From Candidatus Omnitrophota bacterium (GTDB taxonomy: Bacteria; Omnitrophota; Gorgyraeia; JABMRG01; JAFGKX01), in NCBI GenBank assembly GCA_020354945.1, contig CP070655.1, forward strand, positions 952,448-963,301: a stretch of 10,854 bases of DNA, in the 5' to 3' direction. Below the pieces are notes generated by a model. The model worked only from the letters and a program-made list of their open reading frames with translations, was not told the origin of the DNA and did not search any database. Made by a program: the position numbers and the translations under genes. Below, piece by piece: positions 6,731 to 10,854 of the stretch (positions are counted from its first letter, which is position 1; each line of letters starts with the position of its first letter).

Positions 6731-8509
6731 ATGACCAAGCGCTCAAAAAAGAAAAGATATAAATTGAAAGAAGTGAAGGAGCCAAATCTATTTCGCGATA
6801 TCTTCCCATATTCTGAAGTCCCCAAGATGGTCTTTGACCATAAGACAGTACCGCAGGGCCTTCCCAGAGATATCTGGATTACATGCACTACTTTTAGAGA
6901 CGGCCAGCAGGCCAGGCCACCTTATACAGTGAAGCAAATAACAGATCTATATGAGTTTTTACATAGGCTGGGAGGGCCAAAGGGAATAATCAAACAGAGT
7001 GAGTTTTTTCTTTATAGTAAAAAGGACCGTGAGGCAGTAGAAAAATGTTTAGAAAAAGGATATCAATACCCTGAAATTACCGGTTGGATAAGAGCTAATA
7101 AAAATGATTTTCAACTGGTGAAAGAGATGGGGTTAAAGGAAACAGGAATCCTTACCTCTTGTTCTGACTACCATATTTTCCTGAAGCTAAACAAAAATAG
7201 AAAGACCGCTATGGAAGCGTATTTGGATGTGGTAGGCGCTGCGCTGGAAGGAGGAATCATACCACGCTGCCATTTAGAAGATATTACTCGGGCAGATATG
7301 CAGGGATTTGTTCTCCCCTTTGTCCAGGAACTTATGAAAATGTCAAAAGAATCCAAAATTCCCATAAAGATAAGGCTCTGCGACACGTTAGGATATGGCG
7401 ATCCTTACCTAGGAGTAACGCTTCCTCGAAGCATTCCTAAGCTGATCCATACTATTATTCATGAAGGGGGTGTCCCTAAAGAAAGATTAGAATGGCACGG
7501 GCACAATGATTTTCATAAAGTGCTTATTAATGCCTCCACAGCATGGTTGTATGGATGCGCAGCAGCCAATGGAGCACTTTTAGGATTTGGTGAACGCACC
7601 GGCAATCCCCCTATCGAAGGTTTGGCGATAGAATATATAGGTTTAAGAGGCAAAACTGACGGGATGGATACCACAGTAATTACCGAAATAGCGGAGTATT
7701 TTCAAAAAGAGATAGGTGCTGTTATTCCGGCAAATTACCCTTTTGTCGGCTCATCGTTTAATACCACCAGGGCAGGGATACATGCTGACGGGGTTTTTAA
7801 GCATGAAGAAATTTATAATATCTTTGATACCACCAGACTGCTAAACCGTCCTTTGAGAGTTACTGTTACTGACAAATCCGGCCTGGCAGGGATAGCTTAC
7901 TGGATAAATTCATATTTAGGGCTTAAAAATGAGCAGAAGATAGATAAGCGCCATCCAGGAATTGCGGCTATGGCTGAATGGGTCAAACAGCAGTATACAG
8001 AGGGAAGGACTACCAGTATTTCTGATGAAGAGATGCTGATGGAGGCGCGAAAGCATTTACCTCAGTATTTTGAATCAGACCTTGACCGTATAGAGAAGAA
8101 GGCAGAAGAGCTAGCCACTGCTCTAATTGAGGATATTAAGGATGATGAAAGGATTATATCAATGGACCCATCTACTGCTGAGCCATTCCTGGAAAGAATA
8201 GCCAGAGAAGACCCTTTTATGCAATTTCTTTACATAGTGGATACAAAAGGCAAAAAGATTACCAGGAATATTACTCAGTTAGAAGATAAGGAAGAATTTG
8301 AGAGAAAAGGCTTAAATTCAGACTTCTCTAACCGAGAATGGTTTATAGCCCCAATGAAAAATGGCAAGATTTACGTGAGTAAACTTTATACCTCTAAAAT
8401 TACAGGAAAGTTGTGCATAACGGTTTCTGCGCCTATAATAAATAAAAAAGATGAAATAGTAGGGATTTTTGGCATTGATATGAAATTTGAGGACTTAGCG
8501 AAATTATAA
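6731..8509 (+). CDS. Re-citrate synthase-like DRE-TIM metallolyase (LeuA/HMGL-like) with a C-terminal Cache/PDC-like domain
   Basis: TTFRDGQQ, TGWIRA, ETGILTSCSDYHIFLKL, RCHLEDITRAD, EWHGHNDF and GERTGN are typical of the Clostridium/Syntrophus Re-citrate synthase group. The last roughly 140 aa contain DFSNREWF...YTS..TG...ITVSAPI...IVGIFGID, a Cache-like pattern. It sits in an operon with icd and mdh. Confidence 0.85.
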   Translation: MTKRSKKKRYKLKEVKEPNLFRDIFPYSEVPKMVFDHKTVPQGLPRDIWITCTTFRDGQQARPPYTVKQITDLYEFLHRLGGPKGIIKQSEFFLYSKKDREAVEKCLEKGYQYPEITGWIRANKNDFQLVKEMGLKETGILTSCSDYHIFLKLNKNRKTAMEAYLDVVGAALEGGIIPRCHLEDITRADMQGFVLPFVQELMKMSKESKIPIKIRLCDTLGYGDPYLGVTLPRSIPKLIHTIIHEGGVPKERLEWHGHNDFHKVLINASTAWLYGCAAANGALLGFGERTGNPPIEGLAIEYIGLRGKTDGMDTTVITEIAEYFQKEIGAVIPANYPFVGSSFNTTRAGIHADGVFKHEEIYNIFDTTRLLNRPLRVTVTDKSGLAGIAYWINSYLGLKNEQKIDKRHPGIAAMAEWVKQQYTEGRTTSISDEEMLMEARKHLPQYFESDLDRIEKKAEELATALIEDIKDDERIISMDPSTAEPFLERIAREDPFMQFLYIVDTKGKKITRNITQLEDKEEFERKGLNSDFSNREWFIAPMKNGKIYVSKLYTSKITGKLCITVSAPIINKKDEIVGIFGIDMKFEDLAKL

Positions 8510-8514
8510 ACGAT

Positions 8515-9216
8515 TTGAATATCACTATAACTTATGTTAATCAATTACATAATAAAAGCCTGAAATCAGGATGGGGATTTTCCTGCCTAATCGAGTATTT
8601 AGATAAAAAAGTCCTTTTTGATACAGGCGACAGTCCTGAAAAACTTTCATTCAATTTAAGCATTTTAAATATAAATCCCAAAGATATCAACGCAGTAGTT
8701 TTATCTCACAATCACTCAGACCATACCGGGGGCCTGGAAGCTGTTATTGACAAAAATAAAAATGTTGCGCTCTATTTCCCTAAAAGCTTCCCTAAAAATT
8801 TTAGAGAAAAAATTAAAGCGATAGGAGCAAAACCTTACCCGGTAACTGAAATGGTAAACATCAGCCCGCAGATTTTTGCAGGCCCGCAGATGAACGGATT
8901 CGGGCCCAAAGAGATTCCTTTGGCACTCCAATCAGATAAGGGAACCTGTATAATTACAGGCTGCGCCCATCCCGGGATTTTAAAGATGGTCAAAACAGTT
9001 AAGGAAAAATTAAATAAGAATATCTATTTAGTTATGGGTGGTTTTCACCTTGAGTTTTTTTTAGGAACAAGGAGGATAGTGGAAGGCTTTAGAAAGATAG
9101 GAGTTGTAAAGGTTGCACCCTGCCATTGTACCGGCAAAAGGCCAATCAATCTATTTGAGGATGAATTCAAGAAAGATTTTATTAGAGTCGGAACAGGATT
9201 AAAATTGGAGGTATAA
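8515..9216 (+). CDS. MBL-fold metallo-hydrolase (COG1237 / DHPS-like family)
   Basis: Motifs WGFSCLIE, LFDTG, SHNHSDHTGG (HxHxDH), GCAHPG, GGFHL and PCHCTG. The TTG start has no clear SD, so the start is uncertain. Confidence 0.85.
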   Translation: MNITITYVNQLHNKSLKSGWGFSCLIEYLDKKVLFDTGDSPEKLSFNLSILNINPKDINAVVLSHNHSDHTGGLEAVIDKNKNVALYFPKSFPKNFREKIKAIGAKPYPVTEMVNISPQIFAGPQMNGFGPKEIPLALQSDKGTCIITGCAHPGILKMVKTVKEKLNKNIYLVMGGFHLEFFLGTRRIVEGFRKIGVVKVAPCHCTGKRPINLFEDEFKKDFIRVGTGLKLEV

Positions 9217-9217
9217 A

Positions 9218-9439
9218 ATGAGAGATAAGGTAGAGTCTGCATTAAATAAGATAAGGCCGAATCTTCAGGCAGATGGCGGAGATGTAAAACTGCTAGAGGT
9301 TACTTCAGATGGGGTGGTAAAAGTAAGATTGACCGGAGCCTGCGGTGGTTGTCCAATGGCTCAGATGACCCTCAAAGCAGGCATAGAGAAAGCGATAAAA
9401 CAAGAAGTACCAGAAGTAAAAGAAGTTATTGCAGTATAG
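9218..9439 (+). CDS. Stand-alone NifU/Nfu-domain Fe-S carrier protein
   Basis: IRPNLQADGGDV...LTGACGGCP CxxC motif, with SD GGAGGT upstream. Confidence 0.92.
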   Translation: MRDKVESALNKIRPNLQADGGDVKLLEVTSDGVVKVRLTGACGGCPMAQMTLKAGIEKAIKQEVPEVKEVIAV

Positions 9440-9448
9440 AAGGAAATA

Positions 9449-10615
9449 ATGCCCAAAGACCCTATATGCGGAATGGATGTACGCGAAACTTCCGCCCTAA
9501 AGCTAACCAAGGACGGCAAGACCAATTATTTTTGCAGTGAGCATTGTCTGAAAAAGTTTGCCAAACAGAATGGCATAAACGATAAAGAAGTAGCGACCTG
9601 TTTAGTGCAGCCAAAGACAAAATGGTACAAAAATAAGGTAATAATAATAGCTTTTCTCTTAATATTGATTTCTGTTTTATCATATATTGTGCCTATTTTA
9701 GAGCCTTTTAGAAAATCCTTACTTATGTATTTTCGCAGGATCTGGTGGGCTATTTTGCTTGGATTGGTCCTTGGCGGCATTATAGACCGTTTTATACCAC
9801 GAGAATATGTTTCCCATATTCTTGCAGGGCCCCAGAAGAAAACTATATTTTATTCTGTAATACTCGGGTTTTTTATGAGCGCATGCAGCCACGGTATTTT
9901 AGCACTTTCAATTGAATTGCACAGAAAGGGTGCATCAAACCCCGCAATAATAGCTTTTCTTTTGGCCAGCCCATGGGCGAATTTTCCCTTGACTGTAATG
10001 CTCATAGGTTTCTTTGTCCTTAAGGCATTATATATTGTAGTTTGTGCCCTGATTATTGCAATTATAACTGGTTTTATATTTCAGTTTCTTGAATCAAGGG
10101 GCCTGATAGAAATCAACAAAAATATTAAAGAAACAGCAGAAGGATTTTCTATGCTAAAAGACTTAAAAGAAAGATTCAAGTCATATAAGGCAACGCCTAA
10201 AGCAATAGCGCAAGATATAAAAGGTGTATTTTCCGGTTCAATTTCTCTGGCAAATATGGTATTGTGGTGGATATTGATAGGCATGGGTTTGGCTAGTTTA
10301 GCAGCTGCCTATATACCACAGAATATATTTCAAAATTATATGGGGCCTACAGCCTTAGGATTATTTGTAACTTTAATAGTTGCTACTATAATGGAGGTAT
10401 GCTCAGAAGGGACAGCGCCACTTGCTTTTGAGATATACAGACAGACCGCGGCATTGGGCAACGCATTTGTATTTTTAATGGCAGGCGTAGTCACAGACTA
10501 TACCGAGATAGGCCTGTTATGGCATAATGTTGGAAAAAAGACAGCAATCTGGCTGCCTGTAATTACAGTCCCGCAGGTAATAGTTTTGGGTATATTGGCA
10601 AATATAATATTTTAA
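9449..10615 (+). CDS. ArsP/DUF318-like permease with an N-terminal YHS (TRASH) metal-binding domain
   Basis: The N-terminus KDPICGMDV...YFCSEHCLKKF is a YHS signature. The body has about 8-9 TM segments in two pseudo-repeats, with ACSHG...AFLLASP and VCSEG...VFLMAG. Confidence 0.85.
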   Translation: MPKDPICGMDVRETSALKLTKDGKTNYFCSEHCLKKFAKQNGINDKEVATCLVQPKTKWYKNKVIIIAFLLILISVLSYIVPILEPFRKSLLMYFRRIWWAILLGLVLGGIIDRFIPREYVSHILAGPQKKTIFYSVILGFFMSACSHGILALSIELHRKGASNPAIIAFLLASPWANFPLTVMLIGFFVLKALYIVVCALIIAIITGFIFQFLESRGLIEINKNIKETAEGFSMLKDLKERFKSYKATPKAIAQDIKGVFSGSISLANMVLWWILIGMGLASLAAAYIPQNIFQNYMGPTALGLFVTLIVATIMEVCSEGTAPLAFEIYRQTAALGNAFVFLMAGVVTDYTEIGLLWHNVGKKTAIWLPVITVPQVIVLGILANIIF

Positions 10616-10616
10616 A

Positions 10617-10854
10617 ATGCTAAAAATAGAGAATTTAACTGTTAAAGTATCCGGAAAGGAAATCTTGACAGGCATAAACCTTGAGATTAAAAAGGGGCAT
10701 AGATTAGCACTCCTTGGGCCTAATGGTTCAGGTAAGACCTCACTTCTTATGGCTATAATGGGCTTTTCTGATTATAAAATTACTCAAGGAGACATTATAT
10801 TTAAAGGCAAAAGAATAAATGACCTATCTATTGATGAACGCGCCCGCTTAGGCA
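10617..10854 (+). CDS. sufC: ABC ATPase, SufC-like, 5' part truncated by the window edge
   Basis: Not in the ORF track. It reads MLKIENLTVKVSGKEILTGINLEIKKGHRLALLGPNGSGKTSLLMAIMGFSDYKITQGDIIFKGKRINDLSIDERARLG. Walker A is GPNGSGKT, and IMG...Y...G.I.F.G and ERARLG are typical of SufC. Confidence 0.8.
   Translation, partial: MLKIENLTVKVSGKEILTGINLEIKKGHRLALLGPNGSGKTSLLMAIMGFSDYKITQGDIIFKGKRINDLSIDERARLG

Noticed and set aside
6731-8509. Annotation as 2-isopropylmalate synthase (leuA) or homocitrate synthase
   Set aside because: It lacks the LeuA regulatory domain and any leu/nif/lys context. The CSDYHIFLKL and RCHLEDITRAD motifs and the icd/mdh neighbours fit Re-citrate synthase better.
525-10284. 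Numerous short minus-strand and alternate-frame ORFs (e.g. 525-707, 2624-2956, 4795-5139, 5934-6236, 9349-9540, 9526-9780)
   Set aside because: All are shadows of well-supported + strand genes and show no family motifs.
1-10854. CRISPR array, tRNA/rRNA, transposase or phage genes
   Set aside because: No regularly spaced repeats, cloverleaf/T-loop signatures or mobile-element ORFs were seen. Almost the whole window is accounted for by coding genes.

Overview
AT-rich bacterial window with every credible gene on the + strand, probably from an anaerobe (inferred from the class I Fe-S fumarase, Re-citrate-synthase-like enzyme and stand-alone NifU/SufC). The left end (1-1155) is the tail of an arsenic/redox cluster: a partial MTH895-type small thioredoxin, an FmdB-type zinc-ribbon protein and the arsenite methyltransferase arsM. 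Next come a structured intergenic segment and a small membrane-protein gene with its own sigma70-like promoter. A 290-bp intergenic region then holds a promoter, a roughly 105-nt RNA with mutually exclusive stems and a strong intrinsic terminator (candidate riboswitch/attenuator or sRNA). From 1966 to the window end runs one tightly coupled gene string: mdh, icd, two-subunit class I fumarase, aspartate aminotransferase, a Re-citrate-synthase-like DRE-TIM enzyme fused to a soluble Cache/PDC sensor domain, an MBL-fold hydrolase, NifU, a YHS-fused ArsP-like permease and a partial sufC. No CRISPR array, tRNA, rRNA or intact mobile element was seen. The best leads are the Cache-fused Re-citrate synthase, the candidate regulatory RNA upstream of the operon, and the YHS-ArsP permease fusion.
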